NCBI GenBank assembly: GCA_963779415.1
Contig: CAVZYA010000001.1
Span: forward strand, 768,001 to 832,000
Reading direction: 5' to 3'
Origin: an uncultured Acidobacteriota bacterium
GTDB taxonomy: Bacteria > Acidobacteriota > Thermoanaerobaculia > UBA5066
Length of the DNA: 64,000 nt
In this document: one piece after another, positions 1 through 10,994 of the stretch
Position numbering within the stretch: the stretch's first letter is position 1
Layout: every line of letters starts with the position of its first letter
Translations under genes and position numbers: made by a program
Notes under the pieces: generated by a model
Seen by the model: only the letters and a program-made list of their open reading frames with translations
Database searches by the model: none
What the model was told of the DNA's origin: nothing

Positions 1-25
1 GGGCAGATGAAGTCCCGGGTCGGCG

Positions 26-640
26 ATGCTTTCTGACGTCCTTCTCGGAGGCGGTCTCGCGTTCGCGGCCGTGGTCCAGCCCGGGCCGCTTCAGGCGTTT
101 CTCGTCACCCGCGCCGCGACGGATGGCTGGAGACGGACGCTGCCCGCCGCGTTCTCTCCCCTGCTGAGTGACGGTCCCATCGCCCTCCTCACCCTCCTCG
201 TCCTCGGACGGCTTCCGCCGCTCGGCCAGCATCTTCTCGGGGTCGCCGGCGGCGTCCTCCTCCTCACCCTCGCGTGGATGTCCTTTCGCGCGATTCGGAC
301 CCCCGTCGCGCCCGCCGAACCGGACCGGCGCGCGATCCCGCGGACGCTCCTGCAAGCGGCAACGGTCAACCTCCTGAACCCCAATCCCTACCTGGCGTGG
401 GCCCTCATCCTCGGGCCCGCCGCCGTGACGGCCTGGCACGAGCACCCCGCTCACGCCGCAGCTCTCGTCGGCGCCTTCTACGGCGCGATGGTCGTAGGTC
501 TCGCGGGCGTCATCGTCCTCGCCAGTAGCGCCCGCAGCCTCCCTCCCCACGCACAGCGGGCCGTCGCTCTCGCTTCCACCGTCGTCCTCGCTCTCCTCGG
601 CATCTATCAGCTCTTCTCCGGCCTCGCGGCACTCGCATAG
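26..640 (+). CDS. LysE/RhtB family translocator
   Basis: 204 aa hydrophobic protein with N-terminal 'QPGP' and central 'VNLLNPNPY' LysE motifs. Confidence 0.85.
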   Translation: MLSDVLLGGGLAFAAVVQPGPLQAFLVTRAATDGWRRTLPAAFSPLLSDGPIALLTLLVLGRLPPLGQHLLGVAGGVLLLTLAWMSFRAIRTPVAPAEPDRRAIPRTLLQAATVNLLNPNPYLAWALILGPAAVTAWHEHPAHAAALVGAFYGAMVVGLAGVIVLASSARSLPPHAQRAVALASTVVLALLGIYQLFSGLAALA

Positions 641-659
641 ATCCGGGATCCCGTCCTCC

Positions 660-2756
660 TCAACGCACCCGAAGCCAACGCGCCCCGTTGTCCAGACGCT
701 CCACGGGCTCGGTGTGGCTCGACAGGAATTCGTAAAGAGCCGACCGACGGAGCTCGACCTCCGAACGTGCCGGGTCTCGAAACAGGACGAGCAGCCCCCG
801 GCTCCGTCCCAGCGTCGCGATGAGCCTCTCCTCGACGCCCTCTCTCTCGAGGCAGTACCAGAGCCGCGGATTGACGTAGGTCCCATCCGGCGTGGAGGTT
901 CCGGTCAACGCATAGAGGTTATCCGTGGGAACCGCGAAATTGAAGAAGCGTCCTCCCGGGGGAATCCGCCTCGCAACGGCCGCGACGAGATCCCTGCTGG
1001 ACGGGTCGTCCCAATAAAGAGTCGTCGTGGAGAACGGCAACCTCACGAGTGCCGCAGACGGAGCCGCCAGGATGACGAAGGCGCCTGCCAGAGCCGCGCT
1101 CCCTGAAGCGTGCTGGATCGCCGCTCCCCTCCCGTGGAACACCTTCCCGGTGAAAGTCCGTCCGGCGGCTCTCCCTGCCAGGAGCCCCAGCACTCCCGAG
1201 AGCGCCACCGGAGGGAGCGCGCGGCCGCTCGCCACTCCGGCCGCAATGCCGGCCACGGCAACGAGGATGGCGGGTGAGCGCAGCCACTTTCCGAGCCGCG
1301 CTGCGCCATCCAGCAGGATCGCCGAGAGGGTGATCAGGAGAGTGCACGTAACGGCCGGGACGTTTCCGTCGGAAGCCGACCCCCAAGGCCCCGCCACACC
1401 CGGATTCAACGGGTGGACATTCACCAGGCCTGGCCCCCTCGCCAGGACGACCAATGCCAGGACCACGGCTCCGATGGCGACGTGTCGGCGCCAACCCTCC
1501 ATGCGCGGCCGCTCGGCGTAGAGAACTCCAGCAAGGGCGGCCGGAGCCAGAAGTGAGAAAAGCGGTCTTGCGTCGTCCATCCACGCCGCGAGAGCCATCC
1601 CCGAGACCAGTATTCCCACGGCCCGGGCCAATCCGCCCCCGGAGAGATGGAATAGGGTGAGCGTGACGGTTGTCGAGAGAGCCGCGACGAAGATCAGACG
1701 CGTCGGAAACCCGCCAAGAGCGGGAATTGCTTGAAGGAGTACCGCCGAAAGGTGAGCGGCCAGGAGAAGAAGGCCTGCCGCCAGTCGCCATTCGAAGACG
1801 CCGTGCCGCCTCCGCGCCATGCGCAGGGCAGTCGAAGCCACGAGGATGGAGCGCGTGGCCAGCAGCGCCAGGAGTCCGATCGCCGAGGCGAGATGCGGGA
1901 CTCCCCAGCGGGGCCATGCCATTCCAATCGCGGAGAGCGCCATCCAGATCGCGGGCGATCTCGACGGTCTGGAGAGCGGAACGCTGTTTCTGATGAGGCC
2001 GACGGCGGGCAGGACGGCAAAGAGAAGCAAACCATCGATCATCGTCGGGAGATCGACCCCCCTGCCGATGTCCCGCGCGAACCCGCCGAAGAGCGGGATC
2101 AGGAATGTCCACCGGAAATGAGCCGTCGTGCGGAACCACGCTCCCCAACCCAGGAGGAAGGCGAGATAGGGAAGCGCGCCGATGGCAGCGACGAGCAGAC
2201 CGCCACGAAGACGGCGACGCCCTCCCGATCCCAGCGTCCAGGCCACGGCTGCCAGAAGCATCCAGGCCGCCGTCTGCTTGACCAGGATCGCGAGCCCCAG
2301 GGGGACAGCCGCCAGAACGAGACTCTGGTCGCGCCCTTCCTTCTCGTACTTTTCGAGTGCCAGAGCCGCGCCGAGCACCAGGGGGACGATGAACGGATCC
2401 GGCCAGAGGGTAGGTCCGTCCGTCGCGAGGCTCAGGAGGATGAAGAGCGGGACGCCGATCAAAAGGCCGATCGCGCCCGCCGTGACCCTCCGTCTTCCGG
2501 GGCGAACGCCCGCCACCAGGAGCACGCCCGTGGCCGCCATCGAGGTGCCGACGATTCCCTTGAAGAGAAGCGACGAGAAGCCGAACACCTTTCCCCCAAA
2601 TGCGATCATGAGAATCAGCAGGGGCGTGTGGGGAAAGAAGATCGAGTCATAGAGACGTGCTCCGCGCGTCACGAAGTACGCGGGAACGACGATCTCCGGC
2701 CAGGCATGGATCGGGAATACGAAAGCAGCCGCCCCCGCGATGACGCCACCAAGCAT
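660..2756 (-). CDS. Polytopic membrane protein, probable GT-C (ArnT/PMT-like) glycosyltransferase; start approximate
   Basis: Many TM segments, 'LYDSIFFPHTPL' early loop, 'LGLAILVKQTA' motif, soluble C-terminal domain. The ORF's upstream extension overlaps hypE, so ATG 2756 was preferred. Confidence 0.55.
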   Translation of the reverse strand: MLGGVIAGAAAFVFPIHAWPEIVVPAYFVTRGARLYDSIFFPHTPLLILMIAFGGKVFGFSSLLFKGIVGTSMAATGVLLVAGVRPGRRRVTAGAIGLLIGVPLFILLSLATDGPTLWPDPFIVPLVLGAALALEKYEKEGRDQSLVLAAVPLGLAILVKQTAAWMLLAAVAWTLGSGGRRRLRGGLLVAAIGALPYLAFLLGWGAWFRTTAHFRWTFLIPLFGGFARDIGRGVDLPTMIDGLLLFAVLPAVGLIRNSVPLSRPSRSPAIWMALSAIGMAWPRWGVPHLASAIGLLALLATRSILVASTALRMARRRHGVFEWRLAAGLLLLAAHLSAVLLQAIPALGGFPTRLIFVAALSTTVTLTLFHLSGGGLARAVGILVSGMALAAWMDDARPLFSLLAPAALAGVLYAERPRMEGWRRHVAIGAVVLALVVLARGPGLVNVHPLNPGVAGPWGSASDGNVPAVTCTLLITLSAILLDGAARLGKWLRSPAILVAVAGIAAGVASGRALPPVALSGVLGLLAGRAAGRTFTGKVFHGRGAAIQHASGSAALAGAFVILAAPSAALVRLPFSTTTLYWDDPSSRDLVAAVARRIPPGGRFFNFAVPTDNLYALTGTSTPDGTYVNPRLWYCLEREGVEERLIATLGRSRGLLVLFRDPARSEVELRRSALYEFLSSHTEPVERLDNGARWLRVR

Positions 2757-2823
2757 GATCAGTAGGCTGAAGGGTGATGGTCGAAAGCGTGCGGGGTCAG
2801 GGCTCGGATCTCTTCTCGCGGGC

Positions 2824-3874
2824 TCAGCAGATCCGCGGGAGCTGTTCGCCGGTGAGGAGGTCCACGATCCGGAGGCCGCCGATCCGGCTTCGCATGACGA
2901 CCTTGCCGGTGTGGTCCGGGACGACGTCTCCGATTCGTGCGGCTTTCGCACCCAGAGGATGGCGCCGGAGGGCCGTCAGGGCGGCGTCGGCGGCTTCGGG
3001 CGCGACGATGACGAGGCACTTCCCCTCGTTCGCCACGTAAAGCGGATCGAGGCCGAGGATCTCGCAGGCGCCCCGGACGTCCTCGCTGACCGGGATGCTC
3101 GTCTCTTCGAGCCGGATCCCCACCTTCGCCTGGACGGCGATCTCGTTCAGCGTCGAAGCGACGCCCCCGCGGGTCGGGTCGCGGAGGACGTGGACCTTCT
3201 CCCCCGCCGCCGCGAGGAGCCCTTCGACAAGACCGTCGAGGGGCGCGCTGTCGGAGACCAGCTCCGTGTCGAACTTCAGCCCTTCGCGGACCGACATGAT
3301 GGCGATTCCATGGACGGCGATTTCGCCCGAGACGAGGACGACGTCCCCCGCCCGGGCCCGGCGCGGCGAGATCTCGATCCCTTCGCGGACGAGGCCGATT
3401 CCGGTCACGTTGACGAAGACGCCGTCCCCTTTTCCGCGGTCGACGACTTTCGTGTCGCCCGTGACGATCGGAACGCCGACGCCTTTCGCCGCGTTTCGCA
3501 TCGAGTCGACGATCCGCCGGAGGTCGTCCATCGGAAGACCTTCCTCGAGGATCAGCCCGGCGGAGAGCGCCAGCGGCTTCGCGCCGCACATGGCGAGGTC
3601 GTTGACAGTCCCGTAGACAGCGAGCGACCCGATGTCGCCGCCGGGGAAGAAGAGCGGCTTGACGACGAAGGAATCGGTCGAGAAGGCGAGCTTCTTCCCG
3701 CCGACGTCGAGGACGGCCCCGTCGTGCAGCTCGCGAAGGAGGGCGTTGTCGAACGACGGCACGAAGAGCTGGTCGATGAGCCGCTGAGTCAGCCGGCCGC
3801 CGCCGCCGTGCGCCAGGAGGACATGCGGATAGTCCGAGAGTCGGGACCGGGCAGGAGAGGTCGAAGTCGCTCAC
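2824..3874 (-). CDS. hypE: Hydrogenase maturation protein HypE (apparent +1 frameshift near 3841)
   Basis: '[17 protein letters not shown]', 'DPTRGG', C-terminal 'GEQLPRIC'. The N-terminus [11 protein letters not shown] / [15 protein letters not shown] is split over two frames. Confidence 0.92.
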
Positions 3875-4961
3875 ACCGCATCTCCCGTAGTTGTAGTAAG
3901 CCGCGCAGGCCCCTTCCGAGGAGACCATCGGCGCGCCGAGGGGCTTCTCCGGCGTGCATTGCGTCCCGAACGCGGCGCAGGCGCTCGGCTTCTTGAGGCC
4001 CCGGAGGATCTCCCCCGCGATGCAGATCGAGGGCTCTTCGGCCGTGATCGTCCCGACGTCGAAGCGCTTCACGGCGTCGTGACCGGCGTATTCGTCCCTC
4101 AGCCGCCATCCGCTCTTCGGGATGACGCCGATGCCGCGCCACGGCGCGGTCGCAGACCTCGAAGACCTCGGCGAGCGTCTCCTGCGCCCTCACGTTCCCG
4201 TCGCGCGTGACGGAGCGGGCGTACTGGTTCTCGACGCCGACGCGCCCCTCTTCGAGGGCTTTGAGGGTGAGCTGGATGCCGTGCATCAGGTCGAGCGGCT
4301 CGAAACCGGTCACGACGACCGGGATCCGGTACTTCTCGGCGATCGGCTCGTACTCGCGGTAGCCCATGACGGTGCAGACGTGGCCGGCCGCGAGGAACCC
4401 CTGCACGCGGTTCGTCGGGGAGCCGAGGATCGCTTCCATCGCGGGGGGGACGAGGACGTGGGAGACGAGGAGGGAGAAGTTCGGGACCCCCGCCTTCTTC
4501 GCCTGCCAGACGGCCATGGCGTTGGCCGGGGCCGTCGTCTCGAAGCCGACGGCGAAGAAGACGACTTCCTTTTCCGGGTTCTTCCGCGCGATCTCCAGCG
4601 CGTCGAGCGGCGAGTAGACCATCCGGACGTCGCCCCCCGAGGCCTTGACCGAAAGAAGATCGCTCTTCGAGCCGGGGACGCGGAGCATGTCGCCGAACGA
4701 CGTGAAGACGACGCCGGGCCGTCGGGCGATGGCGATCGCGCGGTCGATCATCTCGAGCGGCGTCACGCAGACCGGGCAGCCGGGGCCGTGGACCATCGTG
4801 ACGAACGGCGGGAGCATCTCGTCGATCCCGAACCGGATCAGCGTGTGCGTCTGCCCGCCGCAGATCTCCATCAGCGTCCAGGGGCGGGAGACGAGGCCGC
4901 GGATCGACGCGGCGAACTTCCGGACCGATTCACCGTCCCGGTACTCGTCGACGAAGCGCAC
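3871..4961 (-). CDS. hypD: Hydrogenase maturation protein HypD (apparent frameshift near 4143; stop position uncertain)
   Basis: 'MEICGGQTH', '[10 protein letters not shown]', 'GFETT', 'AGHV'. The C-terminal '[22 protein letters not shown]' lies in another frame. Confidence 0.92.
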
Positions 4962-4974
4962 GCGAGAGACTCCG

Positions 4975-5238
4975 TCAGCCCTTCGTTTCCGCCGGCGGGT
5001 TGAGGTCGGCGAGGTCCCCCATCTCCTGAAGAGTCCGGAAGACCTCCTTCGCCGACTCCTCGTCCAGCTTCGAGATGGCAAAGCCGACGTGGACGAGGAC
5101 CCAGTCCCCGGCCTCCGCCTCCGGCGTGTACATCAGGCAGACCTCCTTCGAGATCCCGCCGAACTTCACGACGCCCATCGTCATCCCGAGGTCGTTCCGC
5201 TCGACGCGGACGATCTGTCCCGGCACGCCCAGGCACAT
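4975..5238 (-). CDS. hypC: Hydrogenase chaperone HypC/HybG
   Basis: 'MCLGVPG' start and '[12 protein letters not shown]'. Confidence 0.95.
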   Translation of the reverse strand: MCLGVPGQIVRVERNDLGMTMGVVKFGGISKEVCLMYTPEAEAGDWVLVHVGFAISKLDEESAKEVFRTLQEMGDLADLNPPAETKG

Positions 5239-5253
5239 ACGTGGTCCCCCCGC

Positions 5254-7650
5254 TCAGACCAGAATAGCGCGTCCGGAGGCAATCCGCGCCGCCGCCACGG
5301 CTGCCTGCCCGAGGCAGATGCCGCCGTCGTTCGGCGGGACCTCGCGGTGGAGAAGGACGTCGAATCCTTCGCGACGGAGGGCCGCCGCGGTTCGCTCGGT
5401 CAGGAGCCTGTTCTGGAAGCAGCCGCCGGTCAGCGCGACACGCGGACAGCCGACGCGGCGGGCCACCTCCACGATCGCCGCGGCGAGCGCGTTGTGAAAA
5501 CGCGCGGCAAGCCGCGCGATCGGAACGCCGGCTGCGTGCTCGGCGAGGAGGGCCGAGACGAGGGGAGCCCAGTCGAGAAGGATCTTTGAGGGGGAAGCTG
5601 ACGCATCTACCGTCGGTGCGGTACCTGGCGCGCAGTCACGAAACGCGAGGAGACCGATTTCCTCGAGGGGTAATTCAAGAGACCCCGTGCCGACCTCTCC
5701 GGGGTCGGCGAGCCATTCGAGCTGCATGGCCGCCTGCCCTTCGAAGGAGCATCTCTGTGCCACGCCGAGAAGCGAAGCGACGGCGTCGAAGAGCCGGCCG
5801 GCGGATGACGTCACCGGGGAATTGAGGTTTCTTTCCAGCATCGATGAGAGGACTCGCTTCTCGGCCGCAGAAAACGCTCCCGAGGTCGCACCTGCTCCTT
5901 CTTTCTTACCTTCCAAGAAATCCCCCGTCGTTCCCCTTCCCCCTCTCTCTCTTTCTTCTTCAACCGCCATCTCCCAGAGGATCCCCGCCGCGCTGCGGCG
6001 TGGCTCGCGGACGGCGGCTTCGCCGCCGGGGAGGCGGAACGGCTTGAGATGCGCGACGCGCTCGTACCCGTTCGCATCGCCGAGAAGGAACTCGCCTCCC
6101 CAGACCGTCCCGTCCGTGCCGTAGCCCGTCCCGTCCCACGTGACGCCGAGGGCCGGGCCGTCGACGCCGTTCTCGGCGAGGCAGGAGGCGAGGTGGGCAT
6201 GGTGGTGCTGGACGGGGATCGTCGGGAGCCCCGACGCGAGCGCCCACTTCGTCGAGAGGTAGTCGGGGTGGAGGTCGTGCGCGACCGCCGACGGCGTCAC
6301 CTCGTAAAGGCGCGCCAGATCCCCGATCACCCGTTCGAACGCCGCGAGCGCCTGCGGCGTCTCGAGGTCGCCGATGTGCTGCGAAATGAAAGCCTGCCGT
6401 CCCACGGCGAGCGCCACGGCGTTCTTCAGGTGGGCGCCGACGGCGAGGAGCGGCGGCACCTCGTGCGGCAGGCGGACCGGGAGCGGCGCGAAGCCTCGTG
6501 CCCGGCGCAGGAGCCGCGGGACGCCGTCCACGATCCGCGCTACGCTGTCGTCCATGTGCCTCTCGATGGGGCGGTCGTGGACGAGGAAGAGGTCCGCCAT
6601 CCCGCCGAGGCGGACGAGCGCTTCTCTCTCGTCCGTGCAGATCGGCTCGTCGGAGAGGTTTCCACTGGTGGCGACGATCGGAAACTCGAGCGTGTCGAGC
6701 ATCAGGTGGTGGAGCGGCGTCGCAGGAAGCATCAGGCCGAGGTTCGGGTTCCCCGGCGCCACGTTCTGGGCCACTCCGTTTCCTTCCCGCGCCGGGAGAA
6801 GAACGATGGGCCGCTCCGGCGACTCAAGAAGGAGCGCCGCCTCCTCCGAGACCTCGCAGAGTCTCCTCGCAGCGGGAATGTCGCGGACCATCAGGGCGAG
6901 AGGCTTTTCGTACCGCTGCTTCCGCTCGCGTAGAAGCGCGACGGCGGCCCCGTTTTGCGCGTCGCATGTCAGGTGGAAGCCGCCGAGCCCCTTCACGGCC
7001 GCGATCCGGCCCTTCGAGAGAGCCTCGCCGCAGGCGAGCAGGGCGTCGTCCTGGGTCGCGAGGACGTCACCGGACGGTGCCCAGAGTTCGAGATGAGGCC
7101 CGCAGCTATCGCACGCGTTCGGCTGGGCATGAAAGCGCCGGTCGCGCGGGCTCTCGTATTCGGCACGGCAATCCGCGCAGAGCGCGAAGCCCGCCATCGT
7201 CGTGTTCGGCCTGTCGTACGGCAGCGCCCGGAGGATCGTGAAGCGCGGCCCGCAGTTCGTGCAGTTCGTGAAGGGATAGCGGTGCCGGCGGCTCGACGCG
7301 TCCCGCACCTCGGAAAGACAGACGCCGCACGTCGCGATATCCGGCAGGACGAGAACGCTCTTCGCCCCATTCTCGTGGCTGAACCGGATCTCGAAGGCCG
7401 ACGCCCCTTCAGGGGGGACCTCCCGGTCGCGGACCGAGGTGATCCGGGCGCGAGGAGGGGGATCTTCCTCCAGCCGCTCCCGGAACCGGCCGACGGCGGC
7501 GGCGTCCCCCTCCACCTCGAGGAAAACGCCGCGCCCGTCGTTCCGGACCCAGCCACCGAGCCCCCCGTCCGCCGCGAGGCGGTAGACGAACGGCCGAAAG
7601 CCGACCCCCTGGACGGCCCCCTCGATCTCGACCCGAAGCCTCGTCCGCAC
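5254..7650 (-). CDS. hypF: Carbamoyltransferase HypF
   Basis: Acylphosphatase 'GAVQGVGFRPFVY', Zn fingers 'CTNCGPR', 'HHHAH', 'PPNDGGICLGQ'. Confidence 0.96.
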   Translation of the reverse strand: MRTRLRVEIEGAVQGVGFRPFVYRLAADGGLGGWVRNDGRGVFLEVEGDAAAVGRFRERLEEDPPPRARITSVRDREVPPEGASAFEIRFSHENGAKSVLVLPDIATCGVCLSEVRDASSRRHRYPFTNCTNCGPRFTILRALPYDRPNTTMAGFALCADCRAEYESPRDRRFHAQPNACDSCGPHLELWAPSGDVLATQDDALLACGEALSKGRIAAVKGLGGFHLTCDAQNGAAVALLRERKQRYEKPLALMVRDIPAARRLCEVSEEAALLLESPERPIVLLPAREGNGVAQNVAPGNPNLGLMLPATPLHHLMLDTLEFPIVATSGNLSDEPICTDEREALVRLGGMADLFLVHDRPIERHMDDSVARIVDGVPRLLRRARGFAPLPVRLPHEVPPLLAVGAHLKNAVALAVGRQAFISQHIGDLETPQALAAFERVIGDLARLYEVTPSAVAHDLHPDYLSTKWALASGLPTIPVQHHHAHLASCLAENGVDGPALGVTWDGTGYGTDGTVWGGEFLLGDANGYERVAHLKPFRLPGGEAAVREPRRSAAGILWEMAVEEERERGGRGTTGDFLEGKKEGAGATSGAFSAAEKRVLSSMLERNLNSPVTSSAGRLFDAVASLLGVAQRCSFEGQAAMQLEWLADPGEVGTGSLELPLEEIGLLAFRDCAPGTAPTVDASASPSKILLDWAPLVSALLAEHAAGVPIARLAARFHNALAAAIVEVARRVGCPRVALTGGCFQNRLLTERTAAALRREGFDVLLHREVPPNDGGICLGQAAVAAARIASGRAILV

Positions 7651-7708
7651 CGGAGAGGAGATTACCCGGCGCCGCCGGAGCCCGCGTCCGGGGCCGGAAG
7701 GTCCTGGA

Positions 7709-10700
7709 TCAGGCGGGCGGCTTCCCGCGGCCGATCGAGATGTAGAAGCGGCCGCCGACGAGCGCCGGGTCTCCAGGGTATCCGAGCGCCTTGAAGTCGA
7801 GCCGCTCCTTCACCTCGGGGTATACCTTCCGCCGGTGCTCGGGGAGGTCCATCTGCTGGGCCTTCTGGTGACAGCGCGTGCAGGTGATCGCCTCGGCCTG
7901 GTGGCAGTCGGCGCAGCCGAGCGCCTTCTTCGCCGGGACGACCTCGTGGTGGATCCCGGAGTACATCTTCGTCTCGACGAAGCCGTACTCGCCGGAGTAG
8001 GGGACCCCCGCCTTCTTCATCCCGTCCGTGATCGCCTTCGACAGGTCGAAGTGTGTCCAGAAGCCGTCCCGGAGCTCCGAGATGGCGAGGACGTTGTTCC
8101 CCTTGTCGTACGGGAGGACGGCGGTGTGGAGCTTGAAGGGGAAGATGCGCGCGTCGGGCGTCCGCTTCTCGCCGACCGGGGCGTTCAGGGCGACCGGCTT
8201 GGACGGGTCGATCTTCTCGCCGACGAGCGACGCCGAGCGCGTGCCGTCGTACCAGAGATAGACGGGAAGGACGTCCTTGCCCCACGTGAGGGCGCCGAGC
8301 TTCTTGTCGTAGACGGGCCGCCCGTACGCGTCGGTCTTCTCGGGGCGGTCTTGTCCGGCCACGGAGAAGTCCGCGCCGCACGAGGGTCGGCGCGACGTGG
8401 GCGAAGGAGGGGATGTGGCACGTCTCGCACGCGACGGCCCGGACGTGGTCGTCGAGATGCCGGGAGAGGGGCCCGGCGACGCCGTGGGGCGTCAGGCCGT
8501 GGCACTTCTCGCAGCGGACGCGCCCCTCGACGGCCGGCGCTGAGAAGGACATCCCGGCGATCCGGTGGGCCGTCGTCGTGTGGCAGTCCTGACACCTCAT
8601 GTTCAGGGTGCCCATGTGCATGTCGAGGCCTTCGGCGTTCGAGGCGAGGTCCGGCTCGAGGTCGCCGTGGGCCGCGTTCGGAGCGCCGCCGACCCCGAAA
8701 TGGCACGAGCCGCACTCGCGACGTCCGGGACGTCCGATCTTCCGGGCGAGCGCCGCGAAATCGGTCGACGGGTCCGGCTGCCCCGCGCGGCCCACCACCT
8801 TCCTGTACGTCCCGGTCGAGTCGTGGCAGACGAGGCAGTCAATATTCGCCGGGTCCTTGAAGTCGAAGGTCCCGTCCATCCGGCCGTAGCCGATGTGGGT
8901 GACGGCGCTCTGCGGGGCCGTCGGGGCAATCGTGATGTAGTAGCTGTTGATCATCGAGGCGAGGGCCACCTCGGCGCGGTGTTCCTGCCCGACGATGGTG
9001 GGGGACCGCCCCTTCCAGAGCCAGTGGGCCGTCGAGAGGATGTCCTGTCCGACTTTCGCGTGGCACGTCAGGCACTCGCGCGTCACGTCCTGCGGCCCCG
9101 GCTTCTCCTTGAAGACGACGAGCGCGGCGTGGTTCGGTGTCAGGGGATGATGACAGCCGGCGCAGTCCGTCGGGGCCGTCGTCGGCTTGGGCTGCCGCTC
9201 GTGGCAGCCGATGCACTGCCGGTGGTAGGCCCCCTTCAGCCCGATGCGGGAGGGGGCGTCGGCCTCGTTCGGCAGTCCGTGGCAATGCATGCAGCTCTGG
9301 GGGGGACGGTCGGCCATGTTGTCGTGGCAGGCTGAGCAGGGGCCGCCGAGCTTCACGTCCATCGAGGCGTGAATCTCCTTGATGTCGGTCCCCACGCGGT
9401 CCTCGGTCGAGCTCGCGTGGCGGTGGTGGCAGACCCCGCAGTCCCCGTTGACCAGCTCGTCGTGGATCCGGTGGGCGAACGGGACGGGCTCGTAGTCGTC
9501 CCCCTGGGCCTTGAGGACCGCGGCGTCGAGGAGGTAGAAGTTCTTGTAGCCCGACGGACGGTGCGGGTACGCGGGACCCTTCTCGCTCGCCCGCGCCGGG
9601 GGCTTCGCCGCCGTGACCCGCTGGACCTCCTTCACGGTCAGCTCGCTCGCCTGGATCGCCTCTCTGTGGACGACGACGTAGAGGGCGACGAACCCGAAGA
9701 CGGAGGCGAGGGCGAGGCCGCGGACAACCCAGGTCCAGAACGGGGAGACCGCCTCGGCCCCCTCGTGCGCGAGCGGGGACGGAGCCTTCTCCTCGGCGGC
9801 GGCGCTCCCCGGCAGGATCGGGAAGAAGGTGACCATGAACCGGTAGCAGAAGAAGATCGAGCAGACGATCGCGATCGTCATCGAGATCTCGCCGACCGAC
9901 GGGAAGTAGGCCTTCTGCGAGAACGGCGGCTCGTAGGCGACGAGGAAGACGTTGAACCGGTTCAGGATGACGCCGAAGATGACGAGGCAGGCGCTGAAGA
10001 AGAGCCAGCCGGCGGAACGGCGGACCCCCTCGTTCATCAGGAGGACGAGCGGCGCCACGACCCCGAGGAGGAGCTCGACGGCGAGGGCGACCGTCGCGCC
10101 CGGGTGCGACACGAAGTCGAGCTGCCGGTGCCGGACGACGAGGTCGCCGATCTTGACGACCGCGTAGGCGCCGAGGAACCAGGGGATGAAGCGGGAGAGG
10201 GGCGCCAGAAGGTCCATCTCCGGCTTCCGGCCGAAGCTCGTGCTCGAGTAGATCGACTCGAGGATGACCATCGGGTACCCGACCGCCATCGCCGACATCA
10301 GGAAGAGGAGCGGGAGGATCGGCGTGTCCCAGATCGGGTTCAGCTTCGTGTGGGCGATCATCATCAGCGTCCCGAGGGACGACTGGTGCATGCACGAGAG
10401 GACGACGCCCGCGACGATGAAGACGGGGAGGATGATCCTGATCCAGGAGTGGATCGTCAGGATCGGCTTCTTGATCTTCCGGAGGACGCGGGCCCCCCAC
10501 TCGTCCCCCTCGGCCCGGGCCCGGAGGCCCTCGAGGACCGCCGGGCTCGTCTCGATCGCGAGGACCATGAGGTAGGCCATGACGCACATGCCCACCTCGA
10601 AGAGGACCGAGTTGCCCTGCCAGTTGAAGAGCGGGCGCCAGATGTTCCACCAGCGGCCGAGGTCGAACATGAGCGCGATGGCGACCCACAGGTAGCCGAG

Positions 10701-10994
10701 GAAGGCCGTCAGGATCGCCGGGCGGAGAAGCGGCTTGAACTTCTTCTTCCCGAAGATGTCGACGAGGGCGGCCGTCGTGAAGCCGCCCGCCGCGAGCGCG
10801 ACGCCGCAGGCGACGTCGAAGGAGATCCAGATCCCCCACGTGTTGATGTCGTCGAGGTTCGTGACGAACCTCAGCCCGAGGAGGAGCCGGGTGATGCCGA
10901 ACGCGTAGCCGACCGCCATGAAGACGAGGATGGCGATCGTGCCCGCCGTGAAGAACGGCTTCGATAGGCGCTGGGGGCGCTCGTGCGGGCTCAC
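7709..10994 (-). CDS. NrfD/HybB-type quinol-interacting membrane protein fused to class III cytochrome c and OTR-like multiheme domains (13 CxxCH; apparent frameshift near 8372)
   Basis: NrfD/HybB motifs 'GVALAAGGF', 'DLGRWWN', 'SVLFEV', 'MHQSSLG'. 11 CxxCH in ORF 7662..10994 and 2 in ORF 7709..8362. Confidence 0.85.

Noticed and set aside
5580-5970. AT/purine-rich patches in hypF as a foreign insertion
   Set aside because: The frame stays open and there are no terminal repeats; they look like variable loops
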